From: Deltaproteobacteria bacterium
Lineage (GTDB): Bacteria; Desulfobacterota; Binatia; UBA12015
NCBI GenBank assembly: GCA_046583355.1
Contig: JAYGCM010000017.1
Span: 1 to 64,000, forward strand
Direction of reading: 5' to 3'
DNA: 64,000 bases
The notes beneath the pieces are model-generated. The model had not been told where the DNA came from and did not search any database. It worked only from the letters and a program-made list of their open reading frames with translations. The position numbers were made by a program, and so were the translations under genes. Shown here piece after piece: positions 48,360-58,054 of this stretch. Position 1 is the first letter of the stretch, and the number at the start of each line of letters is the position of its first letter.

Positions 48360-49112
48360 ATGTCTGATGTACTTTTGCAGGAGACTCACGGACGGGTGCG
48401 TCTGCTGACGCTGAACCGTCCCAAGGCGAAGAACTCGATCAATAGCGAACTCGGCCTTGCGCTGGTTGCGGCAATCAAGGAGGCCGACGAAGACGAGGGC
48501 ATCACGGCCATCGTGCTCACGGGTGCCGATGGCGGCTTCAGTGCCGGTATGGACCTCAAGGCTTTTGCGACCGAAGGGCCGCCGAAGGGCTTTGACGTAT
48601 TTTTGCGCGAGGGCGCAAAGAAGCCTCTGATCGCGGCCGTCGAGGGCTTTGCCCTGGCCGGCGGCCTTGAGATCGCTCTCAGCTGTGATCTGATCGTCGC
48701 GGCCAAGGGCGTCAAGCTCGGTATCCCCGAGGTCAAGCGCGGGCTCTTCGCGGCCGGTGGCGGGCTCTTCCGCCTGCCCGCCCGTGTTCCCTACGCCGTC
48801 GCCATGGAAATGGCGCTGACGGCTGAGCCGATCAGCTCGGAGCAGGGCAAGGAAGTCGGGCTGGTGGCGCGACTGGCCGAGCCGGGCAAAGCCGTCGAGG
48901 CGGCCTTGGCGTTGGCCGAGCAAATCGCGAAGAACGCGCCGCTGGCTGTGGCGGCCAGCAAACAGGTCATCCGCAGCACACGCGGGATGGTCGAGGCCGA
49001 TGCATGGGAGGCCCAGAATCCGCATCTCGGTACCGTTTTCATGAGCGCGGATGCCCAGGAGGGCCCGCGCGCTTTTGCCGAGAAGCGCGAGCCGAAGTGG
49101 TCCGGTAAATAA
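48360..49112 (+). CDS. Enoyl-CoA hydratase/isomerase (crotonase)
   Basis: LNRPKAKNS, FSAGMDLK, GFALAGGLE, PEVKRGL, AFAEKREPKW. Confidence 0.94.
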   Translation: MSDVLLQETHGRVRLLTLNRPKAKNSINSELGLALVAAIKEADEDEGITAIVLTGADGGFSAGMDLKAFATEGPPKGFDVFLREGAKKPLIAAVEGFALAGGLEIALSCDLIVAAKGVKLGIPEVKRGLFAAGGGLFRLPARVPYAVAMEMALTAEPISSEQGKEVGLVARLAEPGKAVEAALALAEQIAKNAPLAVAASKQVIRSTRGMVEADAWEAQNPHLGTVFMSADAQEGPRAFAEKREPKWSGK

Positions 49113-49145
49113 CCGAATACCCTCGCTGCGCCGTCGCCTCTTTTA

Positions 49146-49796
49146 TCAGCGGCGGCGGCGCGGCGGTCGGGTTTCGGCGGCGCGGCTGAGCGTCTCGCCG
49201 AGGAAGCGCGCCGTCTCTTCGAGGTCGCGGCGCAGGGGGTGGCGGCGGTTTACGCCCCACGTCACCATGCACTCGCCGAGTCCGGCCGAGACGATGCGTG
49301 CGAGGTGGGCGAGTTCGTAGTCGCGTCGGAGGTCACCGGCATCGAGCCCGTCTTGCAGCAGCGCCTCGAAGGTCGCGTGTACGCGGCTGGCGATTTTGCG
49401 GCGGGTGGCCTGGTCACGCGGTGTGACGACAGCCTCGCAGACGAGAAAATGGGCCGTCTGCGGGTCGGCTTCGGCGCCGTCAGCCAACTTCGTGAAGAGC
49501 ATGCCGAGACGCTCGGCGGTCGACGCCGGTACGGCGCGCGCTTCGGCCACGGCGTCTTGAATCGAGATCAGCATGGCTTCGCTCAAGGCGGCAGCGATGG
49601 CGGGCTTGGTGGAGAAATAATTGAAGCAGGTCTGGCGCGAGAGGTTCGCTTGTTCGGCGATCTTCTCGACGCTGGTGGCCTCGAAGCCGTCGCGCGCAAA
49701 GAGGTCGCTGGCGGCCTTCAGGATGGCCGCGCGGGTCGCACGCTTCTTGCGCTCGCGCAGGCCGGGCTTTTGCGTGGCTATGTGGGTCGGTGCCAT
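49146..49796 (-). CDS. TetR/AcrR family regulator
   Basis: GLRERKKRATR...TSVEKIAEQANLSRQTCFNYFSTK; ATG 49796. Confidence 0.9.
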   Translation of the reverse strand: MAPTHIATQKPGLRERKKRATRAAILKAASDLFARDGFEATSVEKIAEQANLSRQTCFNYFSTKPAIAAALSEAMLISIQDAVAEARAVPASTAERLGMLFTKLADGAEADPQTAHFLVCEAVVTPRDQATRRKIASRVHATFEALLQDGLDAGDLRRDYELAHLARIVSAGLGECMVTWGVNRRHPLRRDLEETARFLGETLSRAAETRPPRRRR

Positions 49797-49798
49797 TT

Positions 49799-51877
49799 TC
49801 AGCCCCGCTTCTTGTTTTGTCTGGCTGGCTCGAGCGGGGCTGCCGGCAGGGGCTCCCACCAGATCGGCGAGGTCCAGGCGCGCTCCTGGATCACCGGCGA
49901 ATAGAAGGCCTCGTCGGCCGGGTCGAGGCAGCAATTGGCGAAGGCCTCGCCCGTGGCGTTCTCCTCGTCGCGTGCGCGCGCGCTGGCGAGGTTGGCCTGG
50001 GCAGTGCAATCGCCGGCGAAGGGATTCACGCCCGCGGCCATGCAGGTATGTGTGCTCCAGCGACAGCTCGGGTTCTCCAACACGCGGAGGTAGTAGAAGG
50101 CCGGCTGCGCGGGGTCGAAATCGGGGTCCTGCCAGATTGTGCAAAGCGATGCGGCGCCGCGCCCCACGGGCGCGCAGGTATCCTCGTCGACCCAGGCGCC
50201 CTGATGGCCGCTGGTGGCGACATCATGGACCCGCTCATGGGTCACGCCAGATGCGTCGACCCAGCCTTTGATGATCTGTGCGCGCGCAAGATCGAGGCCG
50301 GGGTGGGTGGGCGTGCCGCTATCCTTGAGGGCGCTGACGAGAAAGCGCGGCGCCGTCGCTTCCTTGGTGGCCTCGAGCATCCCGCCCATGGGCGTGCCCT
50401 TGTCGTAGGCACGGGCGATGCTGTCGGGCTGGTCACAGAGGTCGAGGGGCAGTCGGCTGCCGCCGAAGAAGCGCACGATCGGACGGCTCCCGCTGGTTGC
50501 GTAGGCTTCGCGGCGGCGCAGGGCGGCGAAAAGAGCGTCACGCGAGTTCTCCTCGGCCCAGATGACGGCGAGCCCACCGGGGTTGGAGACGATATGGTCC
50601 TGAATCTTGCGGTAGCCTGCGTCGCGGCGCCCGATATGGCCGACGAAATTCGCCTCCTCGGTGCCGCCGGCGGTGGCGCTATGGGTGTCGGTGCTGCCGA
50701 TGAAGCCCATACGGAAGGGGTTGGTGCCGCTTTGCTGGCCCAGCGCGAGCCCATCTTTCAAGGCGTTGCGCACCATATTGCGCGGTGGGAAGGATTCGAT
50801 CGCGACCGGCATGCCCGTCTCGCTACGCATTTCGCCATTGACGTTGGCGAGCATTGTGAGGTTGTCGGTCCCGGCCTGCTCGAAATCGCAGAGTTCGTCT
50901 TTGGTCTGGAGGCCACGGCCGGCCCGTCGGTCGAAACGGCATTCCGAGCTTGCCTTGTGCTGGATCAGCTCCACGATGGGCTCGAAGAAGAGGCGCTCGT
51001 CAGCTTCTTCGGGTGTCAGCGGGTCGCGGAACATAAGACCGCGCGAGAGGTTGGGGTTATGCGGGATGGCCAAGACATCGCAGCCCTGGTCTCCCTCGAT
51101 GCATTTTTCGCGTAATTTCTCCCAGAGCCGCACGAAGCCCATGGGGCCGGTATCGTAGACCGAGATCGGCTTCTCGAGCACATGCTGGTTTCGGAAGATG
51201 ACGTTGCGGTGCATATTGGAGGAGTCCGGCGCGTCGGTGAATTCGTAGGCGACGAAGGTGGTGAACGAGCAGCGCGAAGAGCGGTCGTAGGCTGCCTCGG
51301 CGGCCGCCTGGATTGTCCCCCAGGTGTCGGCGGCGGCGCTTTCGCAATCGCCGAGCGTGCAGACAAACGAGCGCTCGCGGCCACCGCCGCGCCCGCCCAG
51401 CTTGCCCCACCAATTGATTGCGACGAGCTGGACCCAGAGGTTCGATGCGCGTGTCAGGACGCAATGCGGCCACCACCAGGCGAGCCGGGCTGGGTCGGTA
51501 GTGCAGAGATTCATCTCGCCGAAATATTCAGCGTGGTCGGTTACGGCGGCGAAATCGATCGGACGACCGATCCGGGCGCGCGTATTCTGCCGGGCCTGGG
51601 CGTCGGGCAGCACGATGCTTTCGCCGCGCGCATAGCGGTAGGCCGCGTCGGGGCCGTTGCGCTGGCTGGAGATGAAGGAGTCTTGCGAGAGGCTGGTATG
51701 AATATGGAGGTCGCCGAAAAACGGCTGCTTCAGCGCGTCATAATGCGCGCAATCCTCGCGTGTCTCCGTGCGTGCAAAGGGCCGCTCGGCCACCGCAGGT
51801 GATGCCACGAGGAGGGCGGCCACAAGCCCCAGGAGCGCGGCCGCCGCTTGCCGGCCTCTCTGCCTGGCTTTTGTCAT
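49799..51877 (-). CDS. DUF3604 family protein (second paralog), secreted
   Basis: Signal peptide; FGDLHIHT, DFAAVTDHAE, MHRN, IPHNPN, GSTDTH, IQERAWTSPIW; Cys-rich. Confidence 0.88.
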   Translation of the reverse strand: MTKARQRGRQAAAALLGLVAALLVASPAVAERPFARTETREDCAHYDALKQPFFGDLHIHTSLSQDSFISSQRNGPDAAYRYARGESIVLPDAQARQNTRARIGRPIDFAAVTDHAEYFGEMNLCTTDPARLAWWWPHCVLTRASNLWVQLVAINWWGKLGGRGGGRERSFVCTLGDCESAAADTWGTIQAAAEAAYDRSSRCSFTTFVAYEFTDAPDSSNMHRNVIFRNQHVLEKPISVYDTGPMGFVRLWEKLREKCIEGDQGCDVLAIPHNPNLSRGLMFRDPLTPEEADERLFFEPIVELIQHKASSECRFDRRAGRGLQTKDELCDFEQAGTDNLTMLANVNGEMRSETGMPVAIESFPPRNMVRNALKDGLALGQQSGTNPFRMGFIGSTDTHSATAGGTEEANFVGHIGRRDAGYRKIQDHIVSNPGGLAVIWAEENSRDALFAALRRREAYATSGSRPIVRFFGGSRLPLDLCDQPDSIARAYDKGTPMGGMLEATKEATAPRFLVSALKDSGTPTHPGLDLARAQIIKGWVDASGVTHERVHDVATSGHQGAWVDEDTCAPVGRGAASLCTIWQDPDFDPAQPAFYYLRVLENPSCRWSTHTCMAAGVNPFAGDCTAQANLASARARDEENATGEAFANCCLDPADEAFYSPVIQERAWTSPIWWEPLPAAPLEPARQNKKRG

Positions 51878-52746
51878 CGATTTGGCGCGAAGACTTCCAG
51901 GGTATTTTCGTCGAGCAGGCCCATGCCGAGTTCGGGATGCAGCGGGTGGAGCAAAACCTGCGAGGCACCGGCAGCGAAATGCTCGTCAATGCGTGCGCGA
52001 ATCTTCGCGGCATTGCCCCAGGCGACGATGCCGTCGAGCCAGGCGTGGTCGGCAGCATCGATCTGCTCTTCGCTGAAGCCCATCGTCTTCCACGCATTGC
52101 GGTAGCCCGGAGCGCGGGCATAGAAACCGAGGGCGCTTTTTGCCAACTCGCGGGCCTTGACGGGATCTTCCTGCAGTAGAACTTTTTGCTCGACGATGAG
52201 TTCCTTGTCCGGCCCGAGGATCTCACGGGCGCGCGCGGTATGTTCGGGCGTGACGTTGTAGGTATGCGCTCCGTCGGCTTTTTCGGCGGAGAGTGCGATT
52301 GCCTTGGGCCCGAGCACGCCCAGAATCACCGGCACAGGCTCGGCCGGCGGGATTGAAAAATACCGCGAGCTTTCCATTTTCTCCAGGAACTCGCCCAGGA
52401 AGCGGAAGGGGCGGGTGTAGTCGAGGCCACGGATTTTCTGCACGATGACCGGGCTCGAGACGCCGAGTCCGAGCACGAAACGGCCGCCCGTCTGCTCCGA
52501 GAGTGTATTGGCGGCCTGCTTCATCACACCGGGGTGGCGGTTGTAGATATTGGCGATGCCGGTGGCGAGGATGAGCTTCGTCGTGCCCGAACCAAGCCAG
52601 GCGAGGTGCGCGAAGGGGTCGCGGCCGAAGGTCTCACCGACCCATAGGGATTCGTAGCCCAAGGCCTCGATCTTCTGCGCCATCGCCAGCGAATCCGCTG
52701 CTGTCAGCCCTTCGGGGGCAAACCAAATTCCAAGTCTTCCGCTCAT
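51874..52746 (-). CDS. LLM-class (probably F420-dependent) oxidoreductase
   Basis: LGYESLWVGE, LATGIANIY, GRFVLGLGVS, ADGAHTYNVTPEHTARAR, LIVEQ. Confidence 0.88.
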   Translation of the reverse strand: MSGRLGIWFAPEGLTAADSLAMAQKIEALGYESLWVGETFGRDPFAHLAWLGSGTTKLILATGIANIYNRHPGVMKQAANTLSEQTGGRFVLGLGVSSPVIVQKIRGLDYTRPFRFLGEFLEKMESSRYFSIPPAEPVPVILGVLGPKAIALSAEKADGAHTYNVTPEHTARAREILGPDKELIVEQKVLLQEDPVKARELAKSALGFYARAPGYRNAWKTMGFSEEQIDAADHAWLDGIVAWGNAAKIRARIDEHFAAGASQVLLHPLHPELGMGLLDENTLEVFAPNR

Positions 52747-52800
52747 CGTATCCTCCGATCGCTGAGGCGGGCGCGCCAAGCGCCTCCTCTACGAAGCTTC

Positions 52801-52830
52801 CGAATACGAGAAAAATAGACTCGGGTCAAT
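52801..52830 (-). promoter_or_regulatory. Sigma-70 promoter with overlapping palindromic operator (LLM-DUF3604-TetR operon)
   Basis: Minus strand TTGACC-17 nt-TATTCG; ATTGAC-CCGA-GTCTAT imperfect palindrome over the -35. Confidence 0.6.
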
Positions 52831-52871
52831 AATTGGACTCGCGCGCTCGGCCGGCGCTGGGCAGGGCGGGC

Positions 52872-53285
52872 TCAGGTGCCGGGGACGACGGTTTCGATAT
52901 TGAGCTGGCCGGCGAGGCCAGCCTCACGGTGCACGGCGCTCGCCATATAGTTGGCGTCCATTACCATCTGCAGCATCGCCTGGCGCGACGGGTACATCGC
53001 AATGGCGACCTGGTCCCAGAGTTCCTCGACCGTGCCGAGGAGTAGCTGTCGTACGCTGCCGCCAAAAACGAGCTTGCCGCCGACCTTGGCGAGATGCGCG
53101 GCGACCTCCCTGCCGTAGATCTGGTAGGCCTCACGGCCCGTCAGGTCGGTCTCGCGGCCATCGGCATAGGCGGCCTTATCTTTGAATTTCAGGAGATTGA
53201 CCATATAGATCGGGCCGGTGGCGCTCTCGTCGGTCAGGCTTTCGATCTGTTCTTTGGTCGGGACGACGGCATTTTCGACGTGCAT
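52872..53285 (-). CDS. DUF1330 family protein
   Basis: GPIYMVNLLKFK, TGREAYQIY, WDQVAIAMYPS, HREAGL. Confidence 0.85.
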   Translation of the reverse strand: MHVENAVVPTKEQIESLTDESATGPIYMVNLLKFKDKAAYADGRETDLTGREAYQIYGREVAAHLAKVGGKLVFGGSVRQLLLGTVEELWDQVAIAMYPSRQAMLQMVMDANYMASAVHREAGLAGQLNIETVVPGT

Positions 53286-53294
53286 GAAGCGTGC

Positions 53295-53762
53295 CTAGCG
53301 CGCGATGCTGCGCTCGTCGATGGCGTCTTGGTAGGTGACGCTGAACTCCGTGAAGCCGGCCAACGCGTCGGCGAGGCTTTTACCGTCCTGCAGCTCATAG
53401 GTGTCGAAGCCGCAGCGCTCCATGAAGAAGAGCTGGTCACGCAGGACATTGCCGATGGCACGCAATTCGCCGGCAAAACCCTTGCGGCGCAGCAGGCGCG
53501 CGACGCTGAAGGCCCGGCCGTCGCGGTAGATCGGAAGGTCGATCGCGATCAGGTCGATGCCGGCGAGTTCGGTGGCAATGGGGCGTGCCGGTGTGTCGCC
53601 CGGAATGCGCACCCCATATCGGCCCGCGCGCGCGCGTAGCCCGTCGCCTTCTTCGCGAAAGCGCGTAAGCGAGACGATGATATCGCCTGCGGGCAGGGCC
53701 GTGCCGTCGGCGACGTGCTGCCAGCCGTCTTCTACGATTTCGCGTTTACGAATGATCTGCAT
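53295..53762 (-). CDS. DUF934 family protein (sulfite reductase-associated)
   Basis: DGRAFSVARLLR, GELRAIGNVLRDQLFFMERCGFD, FSVTYQ. Confidence 0.9.
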   Translation of the reverse strand: MQIIRKREIVEDGWQHVADGTALPAGDIIVSLTRFREEGDGLRARAGRYGVRIPGDTPARPIATELAGIDLIAIDLPIYRDGRAFSVARLLRRKGFAGELRAIGNVLRDQLFFMERCGFDTYELQDGKSLADALAGFTEFSVTYQDAIDERSIAR

Positions 53763-55425
53763 AAAGAAGCTCGCCATAGAGCCGGTCGCGGAAGGGGTCG
53801 TCGCCGACGCGCCGGTAGGTTTCGAGGAAGGTTTCTTCCGGGGATTCCCGGAGTTCGACATAGGCCTTGAGGGCCTTCTCCACCGCTGGCACGATTTCGT
53901 CGCGCGAGAAGGCGCGGCCGAGGATGCGGCCCAGCGAGGCATCGTGGTCGGCCGAGCCGCCCAGCATCAGCTGGTAGGCCTCCTCGCCACGTTTGTCGAT
54001 GCCGAGGATGCCGATGGTGCCGACATGGTGGTGGCCGCATGCGTTGATGCAGCCGGAAATCTTGAGGCTCATCTCGCCCAGGTCGTCGAGGAAGTCGATA
54101 TCGTCGAAGCGTTGGCGGATTTCCTGGGCCAGCGGGATCGAGCGCGCGTTGGCGAGGTTGCAGAAGTCGAGTCCCGGGCAGCAGATGATATCCGTGAGCC
54201 GCTTATGGTTCGGGGTGGCGATATCGAGGTCGACCAGGGCCTGATGAAGCGTGCGTAGCTGGCTCGTCTCCACATCCGGCAATACCAGGTCTTGGCTATG
54301 TGTGACGACCAATTCGCCGAAGCCGAATTTCTCGGAGAGGTCGGCGATGGCGTCCATCTGCACATCGCTGACATCGCCCGGAGGCGAGTTGCGTGATTTC
54401 AGCGTCAGGACGACGGCGCTGTAGCCATCGTGTTTATGCGGCAGGACGTTGTTGCGGGCCCATTGGCCCAGCGCGCCCTCCTCGGCGCATAAGGCGGTCA
54501 GCTCTTCCTCTGAGGCGGGCAGCTCGCGCGTGGCATGTGGCGTGAAGAAGGCCTGCATCCGCGCGACCTCGGCGTCGGTGACGCGCAGGGAGGAGTCGCG
54601 GATCTCGGCCCATTCTTCCTCGACCAAGGCAGTGAATTCCTCCACGCCCAGGGCCTCGACCAGGATCTTGATCCGCGCCTTGTAGATATTGTCGCGTCGG
54701 CCGAGTTGGTTGTAGACGCGCAGGATCGCGTCGAGATAGGAGATCAGGTCTTCGCGGGGCAGGAAGTCGCGCACCAGCTTGCCGACCTTCGGTGTGCGGC
54801 CCATGCCGCCGCCGACGAAGATACGGAAGCCGAGATCGCCCTTGTCGTTGTGCACCATCTGGATGCCGATATCGTGTAGGCGGATCGCGGCGCGGTCGCT
54901 ATCGGGCGAGCCGGTAAACGAAATTTTGAATTTACGCGGCAGGAAGGCGAACTCCGGGTGGAAGGTCGACCATTGCCGGACCATTTCGCAATAGGGACGC
55001 GGGTCGGCGACCTCGTCTTGCGCGACACCGGCCAGGTGGTCGGTGGTTGTGTTGCGGATGCAATTGCCGGAGGTCTGGATGGCGTGCATCTCGACCTCGG
55101 CGAGGTCGTCCAGGATAGCGCAGACGTCTTCGAGTTCCGGCCAGTTGAATTGCACGTTCTGGCGCGTGGTGAAATGCGCGTAGCCGCGATCGTATTTCCG
55201 TGCGATATGCGCCAGCGTGCGCATCTGCGCGGCGGAGAGCAGCCCGTAGGGAATGGCGATCCGCAGCATATAGGCGTGCAGCTGGAGGTAGAGTCCGTTT
55301 TGCAGACGCAGCGGCTTGAACTCATTTTCCGTGAGCTCGCCGGATATGCGGCGCTTGACCTGGCCGCGGAATTGGGCGGCGCGTTCGCGCACCAGGCGAC
55401 GATCTTCTTTTGAATATTTGTACAT
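53746..55425 (-). CDS. cysI: Siroheme-[4Fe-4S] nitrite/sulfite reductase hemoprotein (CysI/Sir type)
   Basis: LRLQNGLY, HFTTRQN, SGNCIRN, LPRKFK, CPGLDFC and SGCINACG cluster ligands. Confidence 0.93.
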   Translation of the reverse strand: MYKYSKEDRRLVRERAAQFRGQVKRRISGELTENEFKPLRLQNGLYLQLHAYMLRIAIPYGLLSAAQMRTLAHIARKYDRGYAHFTTRQNVQFNWPELEDVCAILDDLAEVEMHAIQTSGNCIRNTTTDHLAGVAQDEVADPRPYCEMVRQWSTFHPEFAFLPRKFKISFTGSPDSDRAAIRLHDIGIQMVHNDKGDLGFRIFVGGGMGRTPKVGKLVRDFLPREDLISYLDAILRVYNQLGRRDNIYKARIKILVEALGVEEFTALVEEEWAEIRDSSLRVTDAEVARMQAFFTPHATRELPASEEELTALCAEEGALGQWARNNVLPHKHDGYSAVVLTLKSRNSPPGDVSDVQMDAIADLSEKFGFGELVVTHSQDLVLPDVETSQLRTLHQALVDLDIATPNHKRLTDIICCPGLDFCNLANARSIPLAQEIRQRFDDIDFLDDLGEMSLKISGCINACGHHHVGTIGILGIDKRGEEAYQLMLGGSADHDASLGRILGRAFSRDEIVPAVEKALKAYVELRESPEETFLETYRRVGDDPFRDRLYGELLYADHS

Positions 55426-55434
55426 CTGTAGTCT

Positions 55435-57012
55435 CTAGATGGCGCCTTTGCCGTCGGGGCGGCGTAGCCGGGTGCTCGGCCCCTGGGCACGGAGTTCTTC
55501 GCGCGCCGAGATCGGCAGGATGCCCTCGGCGGTGCGGGCGGCCTCGAAGCGATAGGGTTCGGTGACGACGGCCTGGGCTGCCGCTACGATATGGAGCCGG
55601 GCGTCGGCTTGCGCGGCGTCGGCGAATGCCTCGGCCTCCTGGAGCTTGGCCGCCCATGAGCCGTCGGCCGCCAGATAGACGACCGAGCCTTCCTGGGTGC
55701 GGTTGCCCGTGATCACGAAGAAGGGGTCCTGATGCAATGCCATGGAGGGAGTTTCGTCTTCCGCTCCCGCCTGTGCAAGTTCGGGCGCGGCCACGGCCGT
55801 GGCAAGGTCGACAATGCGGAAACCGCCGAGGAGAAAAACCGTACTCACGGTGGTCAGGGTGCCGGCTGCGGCCACGGCCAAGGCGGCATGAGTGCCGATC
55901 CAGTCGAGCAGGGCGCCGAAGAGCGGTGCGCCGATCAGGCCCGAGGCGCCCATGAAGCCCAGCGTATATACCGAGAGGACGCGGCCGCGGTGGCTGGCCG
56001 GGGCCTTCTCCTGGAAAATCGAGCGGCCGGCGTTCATGAAAATCGCTCCCGATGTGCCCCAGAGCACCACGCAAAGCAGCGTCGCGTAGAAGGGGATTCC
56101 CGCGGCAATGACCAGCAGGCAACTGGCGCTGAATGCCAGAGCCAAGCCCTGAGCCCGTCCTTTACGGCGGATGCCACGGCGCAGGACGATCATCGAGCCG
56201 GCGATCGTGCCGAGCGGAAACGCCGTATTGATGAGCCCGAGCTCGCCGACACCGCCGCCGTAGTAGTTTCGCACCAGCACCGGCATCACGACGATATAGG
56301 GGCCGATCGCGAAAATACCGACCGAGAAGGCGAGCAGGAAGGGGATCCGCAGCACGGGTGTGCGCAAAACTTCGCGTAATCCGCCCAGAACGGCGTGCAG
56401 AACCGGCTCGGCGGCTCCCTGCCGGATGGCGCGCGAAGCGGGCAAGAGGATCAACAAAGGGATGCCGCCGAAGAGCAAGGCGGCATGCGCTACGATCACC
56501 ACCTCGATGCCGACAAAACTGGCCGTGGAGCCGATCAAGGCACCGACGGCCTGTGAGCCCCATTGCGCCAGCAGCAAACCGGCCACCGCGTTGGTCAGGT
56601 CGCGGTCGGTCATATCCGAGAGCATCGAGTCGCGCGCCGGCATGATGAAGGCCTGCACCGTCCCGGCCGCCAAGGCGTAGGCGATCACCACACCGAGTGT
56701 GAGTCCGCCGCTTGCCACGACACCCAGCAGGGTAAGGGAGAGAATGCCGGCGGCTACGCAAAGGCCGATCAGCAGGCGGCGGCGATCGACCAGGTCGGCG
56801 ATATGGCCGCCGATGAGCACGAAGAAAAGCGAGGGGACCATGAGCGCGCTCTGGGCTGTGCCGACCCAGATCGGGTCGGCCTTGAGTTCGAAGACCACCA
56901 GAGCCGAGAAGATGACGCCCTGCAGCCCGACCGAGGCGAAATAAAGCGCCGCTGCGGACATGAAGATCGGGTAGGGGCGGCGCGCCGGCATCCATGCAAC
57001 TTGCTCTGCCAT
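55435..57012 (-). CDS. MFS transporter fused to a C-terminal DUF2849 domain
   Basis: ~12 TM MFS region (GHIADLVDRRR motif A) in frame with VITGNRTQEGSVVYL...W...EPY...REELRAQGPS. Confidence 0.8.
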   Translation of the reverse strand: MAEQVAWMPARRPYPIFMSAAALYFASVGLQGVIFSALVVFELKADPIWVGTAQSALMVPSLFFVLIGGHIADLVDRRRLLIGLCVAAGILSLTLLGVVASGGLTLGVVIAYALAAGTVQAFIMPARDSMLSDMTDRDLTNAVAGLLLAQWGSQAVGALIGSTASFVGIEVVIVAHAALLFGGIPLLILLPASRAIRQGAAEPVLHAVLGGLREVLRTPVLRIPFLLAFSVGIFAIGPYIVVMPVLVRNYYGGGVGELGLINTAFPLGTIAGSMIVLRRGIRRKGRAQGLALAFSASCLLVIAAGIPFYATLLCVVLWGTSGAIFMNAGRSIFQEKAPASHRGRVLSVYTLGFMGASGLIGAPLFGALLDWIGTHAALAVAAAGTLTTVSTVFLLGGFRIVDLATAVAAPELAQAGAEDETPSMALHQDPFFVITGNRTQEGSVVYLAADGSWAAKLQEAEAFADAAQADARLHIVAAAQAVVTEPYRFEAARTAEGILPISAREELRAQGPSTRLRRPDGKGAI

Positions 57013-57054
57013 GCGGCTATGCGCAACTACGGCCGCACCTCCAGGATATCACCC

Positions 57055-57170
57055 AGGTGCAGCACCCGGCCGTCAGGGCCCTGGAGATCAAGATCTCGCA
57101 GGGGGCCAAGCCCGGCCACGGAGGCATGTTGCCTGGCGCCAAGGTCGTGCCGGCGATCGCGTGGGCGCGA
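57055..57170 (+). pseudogene. Fragment of an FMN-binding glutamate synthase family gene
   Basis: HPAVRALEIKISQGAKPGHGGMLPGAKVVPAIAWAR within a ~200-bp gap between two minus-strand genes. Confidence 0.8.
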
Positions 57171-57208
57171 GCGGATGCTTCGCGCTTCGCTATCCGCTTA
57201 CGCTCCGA

Positions 57209-58051
57209 TCAGAAAAGGTTGAGTACGGCGACGCCAGCGACGACGACAAGCGAGGCAAAAATGCGGCGAGTGCCCAAAGGCTCGCCCAGGCGGAACGCCC
57301 CGATCAAGGCGGCCATGACGACGCTGGTCTCACGCAGGGCCGCGACCGGTGCGACATCCACCTGTGAGTAGGCCCACAGAATGATGGTGTAGCCGAAGCC
57401 GGCCATCAGGCCACCGATAAACCAGGTGGGGCCATTGCGGCGCAGGGCGGGGCCGAGGCTTCCGCGTCGCGTCACCAGAGCGTAGATCAGAATCGGCAAG
57501 GTTTCGCCGACCTGCAGCCAACCGACATAGCCCAGAACATCGGGCGCCGCGCGTACGCCGATGCCGTCGAGTAGAGAATAAGTGACGATCAGGAGCCCGG
57601 TGATCAGCGACCAGGCAACCGCGCGGCGGCTCTCGGGGTGTTCATGCGGACCGGTGGCGAGGATGAAGATGCCCGCGCTGATGAGTGCTACGCCGGCTCC
57701 GTCGGCCCAGCTGAGGTGCTCGCCAAGCAGCGGAATGGCAAGCAGGGCAATCAGCAAAGGCGCGCTGCCGCGGGCGATCGGGTAGACTTGGCTCAGATCT
57801 CCCAGGGAGTAGGAATGGACCAGCGCGAAGAGGTAGACCGAGTGCACCAGGATGCTCGTGAGCAGCCAGGGCCATGCCTCCCAGGGGAAGGTTCCTTGCG
57901 AGGCCATCAATAAGCCGAAGGTGCCCGCCCCCAACATGATGATCGCCTGGGCGAGCATCCGGTCGCCACTGGTTTTCACCAAGGCATTCCAGCTGGCGTG
58001 GAGCAGGGCTGCGAGCAGGACAGCGGCGGCAACGCCGAGGGGGAGACTCAA
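57209..58051 (-). CDS. EamA/DMT family transporter
   Basis: AALLHASWNALVK, GDLSQVYPIARG, ALRETSVV; ~10 TM. Confidence 0.92.
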   Translation of the reverse strand: MSLPLGVAAAVLLAALLHASWNALVKTSGDRMLAQAIIMLGAGTFGLLMASQGTFPWEAWPWLLTSILVHSVYLFALVHSYSLGDLSQVYPIARGSAPLLIALLAIPLLGEHLSWADGAGVALISAGIFILATGPHEHPESRRAVAWSLITGLLIVTYSLLDGIGVRAAPDVLGYVGWLQVGETLPILIYALVTRRGSLGPALRRNGPTWFIGGLMAGFGYTIILWAYSQVDVAPVAALRETSVVMAALIGAFRLGEPLGTRRIFASLVVVAGVAVLNLF

Positions 58052-58054
58052 TGC

